Sequence record: NC_048674.1
Strand: one strand, 5' to 3'
Length of the DNA stretch: 64,000 bases
Shown here: positions 47,770 through 58,522 of the stretch, in pieces
How positions within the stretch are numbered: the stretch's first letter is position 1
How the letters are laid out: every line of letters starts with the position of its first letter
The notes under the pieces: model-generated
Databases searched by the model: none
What the model was told of the DNA's origin: nothing
What the model saw: only the letters and a program-made list of their open reading frames with translations
Translations under genes and position numbers: made by a program

Positions 47770-49806
47770 ATGGCATTACTTTCTCCGGGTGTAGAAGCTA
47801 AAGAGAATAATATGCAAACTACTATTGCCCGTTCATCTACTGGACGGGCGGCTCTAGCTGGTAAATTCCAGTGGGGTCCTGCATATCAAATTTCTCAACT
47901 AGTTTCCGAGACCGATCTTATCGACCGTTTCGGTCGTCCTGATAATCAAACTGCTGATAGCGTTCTCAGTGCGATCAACTTCCTGAAATATGGTAACGAT
48001 CTTCGTACCGTCCGTATTCTTGATGAAGATACAGCACGTAACTCTAGTCCGTTTTTTGAAACAATTGATTATACTATTACATCTCCGGGTGTTGATTATC
48101 GTATTGGTGACGATGTTAAAATTCTCCAAAATGGTGCAACTATCACCACTGGTAAAGTGTCCGCACTTAACTCCGTTGGTGGTATTACCTTCGTTAGATT
48201 CTCTACTGCCGAAGTAGTCAAAAAGGCAAAAGAACTTAACGATTACCCAGCCCTTCAAAATGGATGGCAGATCCAATTTACCTCTGGTGGTCCCGGTAGT
48301 GGTCAATCTGCAACGGCTGTACTGAATGGTATTCGTCAAGATAGTAAGATTTATATCCGTAATGATGAATATTCCCGTGAATCCCTGCTTCGTAGAGACG
48401 AAACGACCGAAACATACATCGATATGTGTGAATCCTATGGTATTCCGGTTGTTGCTTCTCGTTATGCCGGTCTGACCGGTGATAATATCCAAGTCGCATT
48501 TATTGCGTACAAAGATTATTACAAGTTTGGTGTTGATGGTAAGATTTCTTCTGTTAATACAGTAAACCTGAAAACTTTCCCAAGTGGTTTGAGTTTTGGT
48601 AATATCACCCCAAGCTCTTATTTGGAATATGGTCCACAAACAAAAGACCAGTTCGCAATGATTGTTTTTGTTGGTGGTTCTGCTGTTGAATCTCGTGTTC
48701 TGTCAGTAAAAGAGAATGACCGCGATATATACGGTTCCAGTATCTATGTTGATGAATTCTTCATTAATGGATATTCCACCTTTATTCAAGGTGTTGCTGA
48801 GTCGTGGCCTACTGAATATTCCGGAATCCTTACATTCGGTGGCGGTAATAGTGGTAACTCGACTGCTTCTGCCGGTGATTGGATCGAAGGTTGGGATATG
48901 TTCTCCGACCGTGAGCACGTAGATGTAAACCTGTTTATTGCCGGTTCTTGTGCTGGTGAAGGTGTAGAAATTGCATCAACTGTACAGAAATCCGTTGCCG
49001 CCATCTGTGATGAGCGTCAGGATTGTCTTGGCTGGATCAGCCCACCCCGCGAATACATGGTAAACCTACCTGTAGCAACTTCGGTTAAGAAGATGGTTGA
49101 ATGGCGTCGTGGTGTTACCGATTCGGGTGTTGTGGTTGATGATAACATGAACATAGGAACCACCTACAGTTCTACATCTGCAAACTACAAGCTGCAATAT
49201 GACAAATACAACGACACCAACCGTTGGATCCCGCTGTCTGCTGATATGGCTGGTTTGTGTGCTCGTACAGACACAGTAGCCCAACCATGGATGTCTCCGG
49301 CTGGTTTTAACCGTGGTCAGATCCTAGACGTTCGTAAGCTGGCTATCGAGACTCGTCAAGCACATCGTGATGAGCTATATCAAAACAGTATGAACCCAGT
49401 AGTTGGATTCCCCGGTCAAGGTTTCATTCTGTATGGTGATAAGACTATGAGTCTTCAACCAACCCCATTCGATCGGATCAACGTCCGTCGTTTGTTCAAC
49501 CTGTTGAAGAAGTCTATCTCTGAAAGTGCGAAATATAAGCTGTTTGAGAATAACGATGCGTTCACTCGTAACTCTTTCCGCAGTGAGGTCAATTCCTACC
49601 TAGATTCTATCAAGTCTCTTGGTGGTATCTATGATTTCCGTGTCGTGTGTGATGAGACAAACAACACCCCAGCGGTTATTGACCGTAACGAGTTTGTTGC
49701 AACTATTCTAATCAAACCAGCACGGTCTATCAACTATGTTAGCCTGAACTTCTCCGCCGTGGGAACTTCCGCTAACTTCGATGAGTTGGTTGGTCCACAA
49801 AACTAA
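47770..49806 (+). CDS. gp18: Tail sheath gp18
   Basis: LLSPGVEAKE, WMSPAGFNRG, RINVRRLF. Confidence 0.98.
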   Translation: MALLSPGVEAKENNMQTTIARSSTGRAALAGKFQWGPAYQISQLVSETDLIDRFGRPDNQTADSVLSAINFLKYGNDLRTVRILDEDTARNSSPFFETIDYTITSPGVDYRIGDDVKILQNGATITTGKVSALNSVGGITFVRFSTAEVVKKAKELNDYPALQNGWQIQFTSGGPGSGQSATAVLNGIRQDSKIYIRNDEYSRESLLRRDETTETYIDMCESYGIPVVASRYAGLTGDNIQVAFIAYKDYYKFGVDGKISSVNTVNLKTFPSGLSFGNITPSSYLEYGPQTKDQFAMIVFVGGSAVESRVLSVKENDRDIYGSSIYVDEFFINGYSTFIQGVAESWPTEYSGILTFGGGNSGNSTASAGDWIEGWDMFSDREHVDVNLFIAGSCAGEGVEIASTVQKSVAAICDERQDCLGWISPPREYMVNLPVATSVKKMVEWRRGVTDSGVVVDDNMNIGTTYSSTSANYKLQYDKYNDTNRWIPLSADMAGLCARTDTVAQPWMSPAGFNRGQILDVRKLAIETRQAHRDELYQNSMNPVVGFPGQGFILYGDKTMSLQPTPFDRINVRRLFNLLKKSISESAKYKLFENNDAFTRNSFRSEVNSYLDSIKSLGGIYDFRVVCDETNNTPAVIDRNEFVATILIKPARSINYVSLNFSAVGTSANFDELVGPQN

Positions 49807-49874
49807 TAGAGTGGGGGATAAATATCCCCCATTTTAACCACCCTAAATAATTAAAGAATACAAAGAGGTTTAAA

Positions 49875-50363
49875 ATGGATCTTACTGATGTAAGCCGTGC
49901 GTTTTCTAACGGTGATCTGGCTCGCCCTAACCTGTTTGAGATTGAAATTCCTTTCATGGGGCAAGACTTTTCATTTAAATGTAAAGCTGCTTCTATGCCG
50001 GGTGCAACTGTAGAACCCGTAATTCTGGGTTATCAGAATAAAAAGCTCAAACTGGCTGGTGACCGTACATTCGATGACTGGACACTCACAGTCTATAATG
50101 ACACCGAACACAACACACGTCAACAATTTATTGAGTGGCAAAATATAGCTCAATCCCTTGGTCGTAATATCAATGGTGAAGTTCCAACCGTGTATAAGAA
50201 GGAAGCAACCGTACATCAACTCGACCGTACTGGTAAGCGCACTCGTTCTTATACAGTTTATGGTACTTGGCCTACCCAAATTTCCGAACTTGCTTTGGAC
50301 TGGGATACTGGGTCTGAGGTTGAAATGTTTGAAGTTATTATGGCTTTGGACTGGTGGGAATAA
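49875..50363 (+). CDS. gp19: Tail tube gp19
   Basis: GDLARPNLF, AGDRTFDDW, LDWW. Confidence 0.97.
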   Translation: MDLTDVSRAFSNGDLARPNLFEIEIPFMGQDFSFKCKAASMPGATVEPVILGYQNKKLKLAGDRTFDDWTLTVYNDTEHNTRQQFIEWQNIAQSLGRNINGEVPTVYKKEATVHQLDRTGKRTRSYTVYGTWPTQISELALDWDTGSEVEMFEVIMALDWWE

Positions 50364-50444
50364 AATGATTGGGGTAGAAATACCCCATATCCTTTTAATT
50401 TTATTGCCCTAAATAAATATAGATAAAATAAAAGGATTACTCAT

Positions 50445-52022
50445 ATGTTCAATGGTCGTTTTACTGTTCCAAGTTTTCTTCGTCCGTGGGCGAAAGATGA
50501 CGATAAGGAACTAGATATAGAACTCAAATCGGGTATTGATAGTTTCTCCGCACCAGACAATCCCGATGGTGCAAATTCTATTGATAGAACCGATACATCA
50601 GCACCCAGTCGTGCATATCAAGCTTATGCATATGGTACTGAACAAAAAATTAATTCAACTCGTCAACTTATAGATCAATATCGCGCTCTAACAAATTATC
50701 ACGAAGTTGATAATGCGATTGATGAAATCGTAAACGATGCAATTGTTCAAGAAGACGAAAAGAATACTGTTTCATTGGATCTGGATGCAACTAAATGGAA
50801 TAAATCCATTAAAGACCGGGTTCAGGAAGAATTTGAAGAAATATTGTCTCTTTTGAACTTCGAAAAAGAAGGTAAGAGATTATATCGCCGTTGGTATGTT
50901 GATAGTCGGATCTATTTCCATAAAATGATCGATCCGAAACGCCAAAAAGAAGGTATTAAAGAACTTCGGTTGTTAGACCCACGAGCCGTATATTATCACA
51001 GAGAAAACTTTAAAGAGGTTGAAGGTGGTAATAGCATTTATAAAGGTCATCGTGAATATTTTACTTATTCTGGTACTGAATGTTCGACTTATAATATAAA
51101 CCAAGCCAATACAAACCATATCGTTATTCCCCGCGATGCGATGGTTTATGCTCATAGTGGCAAAGTATCTTGTGATGGTAGATCCATTATAGGGCATTTA
51201 CATGCTGCAATAAAGCCAGCTAACATTTTGAAGATGTTAGAGGATGCATTGGTTATATATCGCGTATCACGCGCACCAGAACGTCGTATTTTTTATATTG
51301 ACGTTGGTAATATGCAACCGAAAAAAGCAACCGAACACGTAAACAAAGTCATGCAAGGTTTTAAAAACCGGGTTATCTATGACAGTTCAACTGGTAAGGT
51401 TAAAACAGCAGCCAATAACCTAAGTATGACAGAAGATTTCTGGTTGATGCGTCGTGATGGTAAGGCTTCTACTGAGATTTCTACTCTTCCGGGTGCTCAG
51501 TCTATTGGTGAAATGGACGACGTTCGTTGGTTCAACCGTAAAGTGTATGAAGCAATGAAATTACCACTTAGTCGCCTCCCAATGGAATCTGGTGGTGTTA
51601 CATTCTCAAATGGCGGGGAAATATCTCGTGATGAGCTGTTGTTTTCTAAATTGGTTCGTGGTATGCAGCGCCAATTTGACCCAATTTTCTATGACCCACT
51701 TGTTACAAACCTTATTCTAAAAGGTATTATGAGTCAGGAAGAATGGGATGAAGAAAAGAATAACATCAAGATTGTATATGCCAAAGATTCTTATTATGAA
51801 GAACTTAAAGATATTGAGATTCTTCAACGTAGAGTAGATGTGGTTAGTAGTCTCATTCAAAATAACATTGTCGGAAAATATATGTCTCATAATACAATTA
51901 TGAAAGACATAATGAAAATGACAGATAAACAAATTGAAGAAGAGGCGAAGAAAATTGAGGAAGAAATGAAATCCGAAATTCTCAATCCACCAAATCCAGA
52001 AGATGGTCTCGCTGATTTTTAA
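50445..52022 (+). CDS. gp20: Portal protein gp20
   Basis: RRWYVDSR, EDALVIYR.SRAPERRIFYID. Confidence 0.98.
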   Translation: MFNGRFTVPSFLRPWAKDDDKELDIELKSGIDSFSAPDNPDGANSIDRTDTSAPSRAYQAYAYGTEQKINSTRQLIDQYRALTNYHEVDNAIDEIVNDAIVQEDEKNTVSLDLDATKWNKSIKDRVQEEFEEILSLLNFEKEGKRLYRRWYVDSRIYFHKMIDPKRQKEGIKELRLLDPRAVYYHRENFKEVEGGNSIYKGHREYFTYSGTECSTYNINQANTNHIVIPRDAMVYAHSGKVSCDGRSIIGHLHAAIKPANILKMLEDALVIYRVSRAPERRIFYIDVGNMQPKKATEHVNKVMQGFKNRVIYDSSTGKVKTAANNLSMTEDFWLMRRDGKASTEISTLPGAQSIGEMDDVRWFNRKVYEAMKLPLSRLPMESGGVTFSNGGEISRDELLFSKLVRGMQRQFDPIFYDPLVTNLILKGIMSQEEWDEEKNNIKIVYAKDSYYEELKDIEILQRRVDVVSSLIQNNIVGKYMSHNTIMKDIMKMTDKQIEEEAKKIEEEMKSEILNPPNPEDGLADF

Positions 52023-52047
52023 CAACACTAAATAAAGGTATAGAGTG

Positions 52048-52203
52048 ATGGAAGAATTTATTAATGCAGCACGAGCTGGTGATCTTATTGCCGCTAAAGG
52101 TGCATTCGAAACTGAAATGTTTTCACGTATTGCCGCTAAAACTCATGATATGCGGGTTCAGATGGGAGCATCCTTAGCCCCCTTCGAAGACGAACAAGAA
52201 TAA
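52048..52203 (+). CDS. gp67: Prohead core protein gp67
   Basis: Hand-translated MEEFINAARAGDLIAAKGAF...; late promoter 52028-52034. Confidence 0.8.
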   Translation: MEEFINAARAGDLIAAKGAFETEMFSRIAAKTHDMRVQMGASLAPFEDEQE

Positions 52204-52231
52204 TTTTTAACAACCCCATAAGGAAAATAAA

Positions 52232-52708
52232 ATGGAAAAACAAGAAGTAATTTCCAAATGGGGAGTAAAAGGTTCTCGCATTCTTGAAACCGATTTGGAG
52301 TACGACGTACTCCTTTCGTTAATCGCTGAATGCGTTGAATCAACTGCTCCCGAAAAAGCACAACACCTTAAATCTGTATTTGGTGAAGATGACTCTTTGA
52401 CAATTGCAGAAAATATGATTTCTGAAAATGCGATTGAAGCATTGGCGATCCTAAGTATTTTGGAAGAGTCTGAGGAACTTGATGAAGTTCTTGTGAAGCG
52501 TGTAAATGCTGCTGGTACTGTTACACGTATCCATGACCGTGAAACCCGTAAACGTAGAGCGACACAAACCACTGGATTAAGTAAGTCACAGCGTCGTCAA
52601 ATTGCTAGACATGCGGTTAAAACCAAAAGAGCTAACCCGTCTATTCAGATTCGAGCTAATAAGAAATATAAAAAGGCTATGCGTAAGCGCCATTCGATGG
52701 GGCTCTAA
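52232..52708 (+). CDS. gp68: Prohead core protein gp68
   Basis: RKRRATQTTGLSKSQRRQIAR. Confidence 0.92.
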   Translation: MEKQEVISKWGVKGSRILETDLEYDVLLSLIAECVESTAPEKAQHLKSVFGEDDSLTIAENMISENAIEALAILSILEESEELDEVLVKRVNAAGTVTRIHDRETRKRRATQTTGLSKSQRRQIARHAVKTKRANPSIQIRANKKYKKAMRKRHSMGL

Positions 52709-52710
52709 TC

Positions 52711-53436
52711 ATGTATGAAAATATTCTAGTAGAAAACTGGGAAGGTAGAGACAACGGTGAACCTTCAAAAAATATGCTTTTAATTGAGCATTGGAGCACC
52801 GAATATAGGACTGATACTAATCTAACCGAGAAAAATGAATCTGGGGTTCCCAATAAAGAATGTTACCTTATTGAATCAGTGGATGACAAAGGTACTGGTA
52901 ATCTTTATATCGAGGGTATTTTCCTCCAAGCGGAAGTTCCTAATGGTAATGGTCGCATTTATCCAAAACGGGTAATGGAAAAAGCCGTAGAAAGATACAT
53001 TAAAGATCAGGTTGCGTCTAAACAATCTCTTGGTGAGCTAAATCACCCCGGTGATCGTTCTTATCCAGACCCATCAAAATCAGCTTTGGTCATTGAAAAG
53101 CTCTGGTGGAAAGGTAACGACGTTTATGGTCGTGCTCGTATTGTAGAAGGAGACCATGCGGAAGGTGATAAGGTCGCTGCTCTTATTAGAGCTGGTTGGA
53201 TTCCGGGTGTTAGTTCTCGTGGTCTTGGTTCTTTAAAGCGTAATTCACGCGGTTTAAATGAAGTTCAAGAAGGTTATCGTTTAACTGTTGGGGTAGATGT
53301 TGTTTGGGGACCAAGCGCACCTAATGCGTATACAAACGCATACCGAGTTAACGAATCAAAAACCGATCAAAAACCTACCCTAAATAATACAGACGATGCA
53401 AAGATTCTCAAATTAATCGAAGCATTGAAAAGTTAA
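52711..53436 (+). CDS. gp21: Prohead protease gp21
   Basis: LYIEGIFLQAE, GELNHP, GVSSRGLGS. Confidence 0.97.
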   Translation: MYENILVENWEGRDNGEPSKNMLLIEHWSTEYRTDTNLTEKNESGVPNKECYLIESVDDKGTGNLYIEGIFLQAEVPNGNGRIYPKRVMEKAVERYIKDQVASKQSLGELNHPGDRSYPDPSKSALVIEKLWWKGNDVYGRARIVEGDHAEGDKVAALIRAGWIPGVSSRGLGSLKRNSRGLNEVQEGYRLTVGVDVVWGPSAPNAYTNAYRVNESKTDQKPTLNNTDDAKILKLIEALKS

Positions 53437-53457
53437 CTTTCAAATAAGGAAAAACCA

Positions 53458-54291
53458 ATGTCTATTAAAGACCAACTGCTCAGTGAATCTAAAAATATCA
53501 CTGTACAAGTAGATGCCATTTCTGGTGCTCTACAAGGGCTCAATTTGAGCGAGGGTGTCGTTGACGCACTGACCCAAGTATTTCAAACCAAACTGCGTGA
53601 AGAAGCCGTACAGCTCGCAGAATCGCACATCGAAGCCCTAGCCGCTAAATCCGATGAACTGGTTCAAGAAGCTGCCGAAGCAAAGAATGCAGAACTGATT
53701 AAAACCATGGATAGTTATTTCGAACATCTAGCAGAAAGCTTTATGGAAGATAACAAAGTAGCTATTGAAACTGGTATCCAAGCCCAACTTGCTGAAAGTC
53801 TGCTTGCTGGTATGAAAGAACTATTTGTGTCTCATCATGTTGTTGTTCCAGAGGATGCAGTCGACATCGTTGCTGAACAAGCTGCTGAACTGGAAGAAGC
53901 CCAAAGCATGATTAACGATCTGGTTAGTAAAAACTCTGCTCTGACCGAAAGTATTCAAGCTAAAGAACGTGAAGCTGTTATCGCCGAGTCTATTAAAGAT
54001 CTGACTATGGTTCAACAAGAACAAGTTAAAACTCTTTGTGAAGGAATTTCGTTTGGTTCTGCTGAACAATTCGGTACTCGTGTAAGTGCTCTGGTTGAAA
54101 TGGTTTCTCAGAAGAAAGAACAAGAACCTAATCAGAAACCTCTAAACGAAAATCTTAACTTCAATGATGACGAAGGTCAGAAAGACGACAAAGATGAAAA
54201 GGGTGAGAAAGGCGAAAAAGGTAAGAAAGATAAAAAGCCAGAACCCAAATCAAAAATCGATGAGTCTGTGCAAGAGTTCATGCACTGGTAA
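53458..54291 (+). CDS. gp22: Prohead scaffold gp22
   Basis: IKDQLLSESK, AELAESL..GMKELF..H.V.VP, acidic tail. Confidence 0.93.
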   Translation: MSIKDQLLSESKNITVQVDAISGALQGLNLSEGVVDALTQVFQTKLREEAVQLAESHIEALAAKSDELVQEAAEAKNAELIKTMDSYFEHLAESFMEDNKVAIETGIQAQLAESLLAGMKELFVSHHVVVPEDAVDIVAEQAAELEEAQSMINDLVSKNSALTESIQAKEREAVIAESIKDLTMVQQEQVKTLCEGISFGSAEQFGTRVSALVEMVSQKKEQEPNQKPLNENLNFNDDEGQKDDKDEKGEKGEKGKKDKKPEPKSKIDESVQEFMHW

Positions 54292-54416
54292 TTTTCTGTT
54301 TAACGGGGAGTTATAAAAATAACTAGAAATAACTCCCCTAAATATATTTGTAAGGGAAAGAAGAAATGGTTCTTCTCCCAGAAAATTAAATTTCAAATCC
54401 AAAAAGGAAAACAAAA

Positions 54417-56099
54417 ATGTCTAAGACCGCTATTATCGCTAAGTGGAAACCGCTGCTTGAAAAAGAAGGTATGCCGGAAATTGCTACCATGAAGCGCAAG
54501 GATATCGTCGCTCGTCTGATGGAAAACCAATATGAAGACATCAAGAGTAACGACGGTGCTGCATATACCGACCAAACCGTAATCGACTCCATGGTTGACG
54601 TTCAAGGTCGTAAAGCTCAACTGGCAGAAGCCAAAAAGATGCTGAACGAAGCTCAAGCCGCTGCTCTGGCAGAAGGTCGCGAACTGACCGGTGAAGAGAT
54701 GGAAACCATGCTAACCGAAGCTAACATCGTCGGTGACCACGGTTATGATGCTGTTAAGATCGCCTCTGGTGAAGCTTCCGGTAACATCACCAACGTCGGT
54801 CCGGCTGTTATGGGTCTGGCTCGTCGTGCTATCAGCAACCTGATTGCCTTTGATATCTGTGGTGTTCAGCCGATGACCTCTTCCGCTGGTCAGGTATTCA
54901 CCCTTCGTGCCATCTATGGTACTGATGCGCTGGATGCTCAAGCTCGCGAAGCTTTCCACCCGCAATATGCACCTGATTCCAGCTTCTCTGGTCGTGGTGC
55001 CACTGCCCCGCTGATTCCTGCTTTTGATAAAGACGGAACCTATGCAATCGGTGATCTGGCTCGCTTCCAACTGGATGAAGAAGTAGACGCTTATTCCAAC
55101 TCCGGTACTAAGGTTGTTCAGTTTGTTACCGCTTATACTGCTGGTACTGCTGCTGACGTTAAAACCGCTGGTTACCTGAAACTAATCCACGACAAGATCG
55201 CGGTTGAAATCGGTGAAGGTATGGCTACCTCCATGGCGGAACTGCAAGAGAACTTTAATGGTTCCAGCAATAACCCGTGGCCTGAAATGAGTTTCCGTAT
55301 TGATAAGCAAGTAGTTGAAGCTAAGGCTCGTCAACTGAAAGCTCAGTACTCCATCGAACTGGCTCAGGACCTGCGTAACGTTCACGGTCTGGATGCAGAC
55401 AGCGAACTGTCCAGCATTCTGGCTAACGAAATCATGCTGGAAATCAACCGTGAAATGATCCTGTGGATCAACGCTACCGCTCAAATTGGTAAGACCGGTT
55501 GGACTAACCAACATGGTGGTCAAGCTGGTGTCTTCAACTTTGCCGACCCGAACGACGTTCGTGGTGCTCGTTGGCAAGGTGAGAGCGCCAAGGCTCTGGT
55601 TACCCAAATCGATAAGGAAGCTGCTGAAATCGGTCGTCAAACCGGTCGTGGTAACGGTAACTTCGTAATCTGTTCCCGTAACGTTGCTGTAATGCTCGGT
55701 TCCACCGACCAACTGGTTTCTCCGGCTGCTGCTGGTACTACCAAGCTGAACACTGATACCTCCGTATCTCAGTTCGCTGGTGTTCTGGCTGGTAAGTATC
55801 GTGTCTTCATCGACCAGTACGCTGTTGAAGATTACTTCACTGTCGGCTTCAAGGGTAGCTCCGAACTGGATGCAGGTCTGTACTACTGCCCATACATCCC
55901 GTTGAGCCCGCTGCGTGGTGTGGATCCTAAGTCCTTCGCTACCATTCTTGGCTTCAAGACCCGTTACGGTGTTAAACTGCATCCGTTCGCTGACGGTTCC
56001 AAGAACAAAGGCTTCTCCAAGATCACTTCCGGTATGCCGGGTGCTGCAATCTTCGGTAAGAACTCCTTCTACCGTCGTGTACGTGTTCTGGGTGCCTAA
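54417..56099 (+). CDS. gp23: Major capsid protein gp23
   Basis: GPAVMGL..RAI..LIAFDICGVQPM, LKAQYSIELAQDLR, GFKTRYG. Confidence 0.99.
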   Translation: MSKTAIIAKWKPLLEKEGMPEIATMKRKDIVARLMENQYEDIKSNDGAAYTDQTVIDSMVDVQGRKAQLAEAKKMLNEAQAAALAEGRELTGEEMETMLTEANIVGDHGYDAVKIASGEASGNITNVGPAVMGLARRAISNLIAFDICGVQPMTSSAGQVFTLRAIYGTDALDAQAREAFHPQYAPDSSFSGRGATAPLIPAFDKDGTYAIGDLARFQLDEEVDAYSNSGTKVVQFVTAYTAGTAADVKTAGYLKLIHDKIAVEIGEGMATSMAELQENFNGSSNNPWPEMSFRIDKQVVEAKARQLKAQYSIELAQDLRNVHGLDADSELSSILANEIMLEINREMILWINATAQIGKTGWTNQHGGQAGVFNFADPNDVRGARWQGESAKALVTQIDKEAAEIGRQTGRGNGNFVICSRNVAVMLGSTDQLVSPAAAGTTKLNTDTSVSQFAGVLAGKYRVFIDQYAVEDYFTVGFKGSSELDAGLYYCPYIPLSPLRGVDPKSFATILGFKTRYGVKLHPFADGSKNKGFSKITSGMPGAAIFGKNSFYRRVRVLGA

Positions 56100-56115
56100 T
56101 AGCAAATCCAAAAAT

Positions 56116-56139
56116 AAGGGAACCTTCGGGTTCCCTTTT
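56116..56139 (+). terminator. Terminator after gp23
   Basis: aagggaacc-ttcg-ggttccctttt. Confidence 0.92.
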
Positions 56140-56232
56140 CGTTTTTCTTACTGGTCTAAATAATACTAGATAGAGTTCATACAGTCAACCAATGAATGAG
56201 CCCTAAATAAAAGAAAAAGAGGAATCTTAAAA

Positions 56233-57462
56233 ATGGCTAAAGTAGTCTCCAAAAAAATACAAGACCTAATTAAAGAGTCTGGTATGTCCGGGCGGTTGGT
56301 TGAATCTAGTAGTGGTGATATCGTAACGGGTCGCCCTTCTTTAGTTTCACTAACTCGCAAAACATTTAATAAAATTTATGATGAGCTTGCTGGTGTTCAA
56401 CCAACTACAGACCCAGTAGCAAACGTATTTGGTGTACGTTACGAGTATATTAGCGAAGACAATCAAAGTCATCGGGATATTAACCTTGACAACCGTAATT
56501 ATGGTGGTGAATTTGATATGGCCGCCGTTGCTGCATTACCCACCGGTAGTGCTGGTATGGTATCAAAAACATATTTTACCAGTGAAGGTTATGTGTTCCA
56601 AGTTATCAATGATGGTGATTACTCCGGTGATTTGAATTCTCTTTTTGAGAATGTCTTTACTGGTAACCTTCGTCTTGTTGTTGACGCAATTGTACCGAAC
56701 ACACAAGAAGATAAAGAAATCCAAAAAACCAGATATGTAATGAACAAATGGAAATCCGTTGTTCGTAGTCGCAAACTAAAATCTAACATCACCCTAGAAC
56801 TCCTTCAAGATATGGGTGGTATGAATATGGATGGTGATGCCGCAGTAGAAGATCTATTGTCTGTTGCCATCGCAGAAGAAATTAACAGCGATATTATCAT
56901 GAAACTGGTAACCGTCGCATCTAAAGAAGTTAAAGCAACCCCGTACAATGTAGCAACCACTGAATATTTTGCTGGTCGTGATCTTGTTGCTCGGGCGTGT
57001 CGTATGGCGGCTCAAATTACTTTAGATACCACGTTTAAACCAACTTATATTCTTGCTTCTGCTCATGTAGCTGCACTTATTCAAACGTCTGGACTAGTTG
57101 ACGACCAACACCGAATTATCGGTACTAAAATGAAATTGGTTGTTGATTCAAAGACTCCTGTTCATTATATGTTGGTTGGTGTTAAGGCTAAATTTGATGA
57201 AGGTGTTGATACAGTAAGTGCTGTTTATTACAGTCCTTATATCGAAGAAGATGAAGCGGGGACTTTTATGGTTGCTGCCGATCCGGACGCACTACAACCT
57301 GTAGTTGGTATTATCTCAAGATATGCTCTATCTACTAGCCCGGATTTCAGAAAAATTGAATCCAACCCGGCTAAGGTATATGATGGGGAAGATTGGGTAG
57401 GTGCCGCCAACAAGTCTCAATTGGCTCGTATGTGTATGGTTGAAATGAAAGATTACGCCTAA
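56233..57462 (+). CDS. gp24: Capsid vertex protein gp24
   Basis: GRPSLVSLTR, SRKLKSNITLELLQD, YYSPY. Confidence 0.92.
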   Translation: MAKVVSKKIQDLIKESGMSGRLVESSSGDIVTGRPSLVSLTRKTFNKIYDELAGVQPTTDPVANVFGVRYEYISEDNQSHRDINLDNRNYGGEFDMAAVAALPTGSAGMVSKTYFTSEGYVFQVINDGDYSGDLNSLFENVFTGNLRLVVDAIVPNTQEDKEIQKTRYVMNKWKSVVRSRKLKSNITLELLQDMGGMNMDGDAAVEDLLSVAIAEEINSDIIMKLVTVASKEVKATPYNVATTEYFAGRDLVARACRMAAQITLDTTFKPTYILASAHVAALIQTSGLVDDQHRIIGTKMKLVVDSKTPVHYMLVGVKAKFDEGVDTVSAVYYSPYIEEDEAGTFMVAADPDALQPVVGIISRYALSTSPDFRKIESNPAKVYDGEDWVGAANKSQLARMCMVEMKDYA

Positions 57463-57509
57463 TTAATTTCCCAGATAAAAAGACATAGAAGCTTTATTCT
57501 GGATAAAAG

Positions 57510-57542
57510 AAAGCCCCAACCTTTTTAGGTCGGGGCTTTTTT
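57510..57542. terminator. Bidirectional terminator at the end of the late cluster
   Basis: aaagcccc...ggggctttttt. Confidence 0.8.
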
Positions 57543-57891
57543 ATTTTGATTGCTCAAGAACAGTTTCGATGAAAATATAATATTTCATCTTTTCTATTTC
57601 ATGTAGTTCATCGTAAGATGTCAAACATGGGTGGGTTTTCTCGTCTCTAGATTTATCTTCACCAAATATCCAACCTTCTCCCTCTTTATAATTTCTCCAA
57701 AGCTCATGAACAGTTCGAGCGTCAGAATCAGGGTGATCGATTATATATGTTACATGTTTAGTCCAAACCCGTTTAACTTTTTCTGGTTCTTCTTTCCACA
57801 ATGTATCGGTGTCGCCTAGTATTAAATTAAACCGTCGAATCGCATCATGCGCAGTTCTGGCGATCTTACGTGGTGAGCTTTTCATTTTCAA
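57541..57891 (-). CDS. RyR-domain protein
   Basis: HELW..YK..EGWIFG..K....KTHPCL.SYDEL...EK motif. Confidence 0.85.
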   Translation of the reverse strand: MKMKSSPRKIARTAHDAIRRFNLILGDTDTLWKEEPEKVKRVWTKHVTYIIDHPDSDARTVHELWRNYKEGEGWIFGEDKSRDEKTHPCLTSYDELHEIEKMKYYIFIETVLEQSK

Positions 57892-57923
57892 CCTCGTTTA
57901 TTGTTATTATTCCACAACAATAT

Positions 57924-58484
57924 TTAGAGATTGAAAATGTCAACCTTTTCTAATACTGGTATATCATCAATACCTAACCACTTACAAAGTTTTGATCTTT
58001 GAACCGGGTTCATAATGTTTAGGGTAGGTATATTTAGGCTTCTTGCTATTTTAACCGCAGTAGCAGTTCCACCAGATACAGTACCATGTATCGATTCTTC
58101 CGCACAAAATACAACTAAGTCAGAATAAGACTTGAGATTTAATCCCATAACTTGAGGAACGTTCCTAGCGTGTAATTCTTGGTGACCAATTGGCATAAAT
58201 TCCCATCCAATACCAGACCCATGAACACGGGAAGCAAGCAATTCAAATTCATAATAGTTTTCATGATTTTTGACATTAACACAACCGGGTCTATCATCAG
58301 GACGATATACAATGGTTAATGCTGGGTCATATTCGGTTAGGAAAAGCGTATCAGAACCAATGGCACCACCAGATCTAGCACCATAACCACGATCAGAAAA
58401 AGCTTTTCCAATTCTTATCATCAACTGTTTATACTCTTCGTTAGGATATCTGGTTCCTATAAGAGTTACAATTTTCCTTTTCAT
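57924..58484 (-). CDS. DprA/Smf-like SLOG family protein
   Basis: IGTR, RSGGAIGSD, HARN, SGGTATAVKIARSLNIP. Confidence 0.82.
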   Translation of the reverse strand: MKRKIVTLIGTRYPNEEYKQLMIRIGKAFSDRGYGARSGGAIGSDTLFLTEYDPALTIVYRPDDRPGCVNVKNHENYYEFELLASRVHGSGIGWEFMPIGHQELHARNVPQVMGLNLKSYSDLVVFCAEESIHGTVSGGTATAVKIARSLNIPTLNIMNPVQRSKLCKWLGIDDIPVLEKVDIFNL

Positions 58485-58522
58485 GATGATATTTTAACAC
58501 ACCTAAATAGCATTATAAATAA

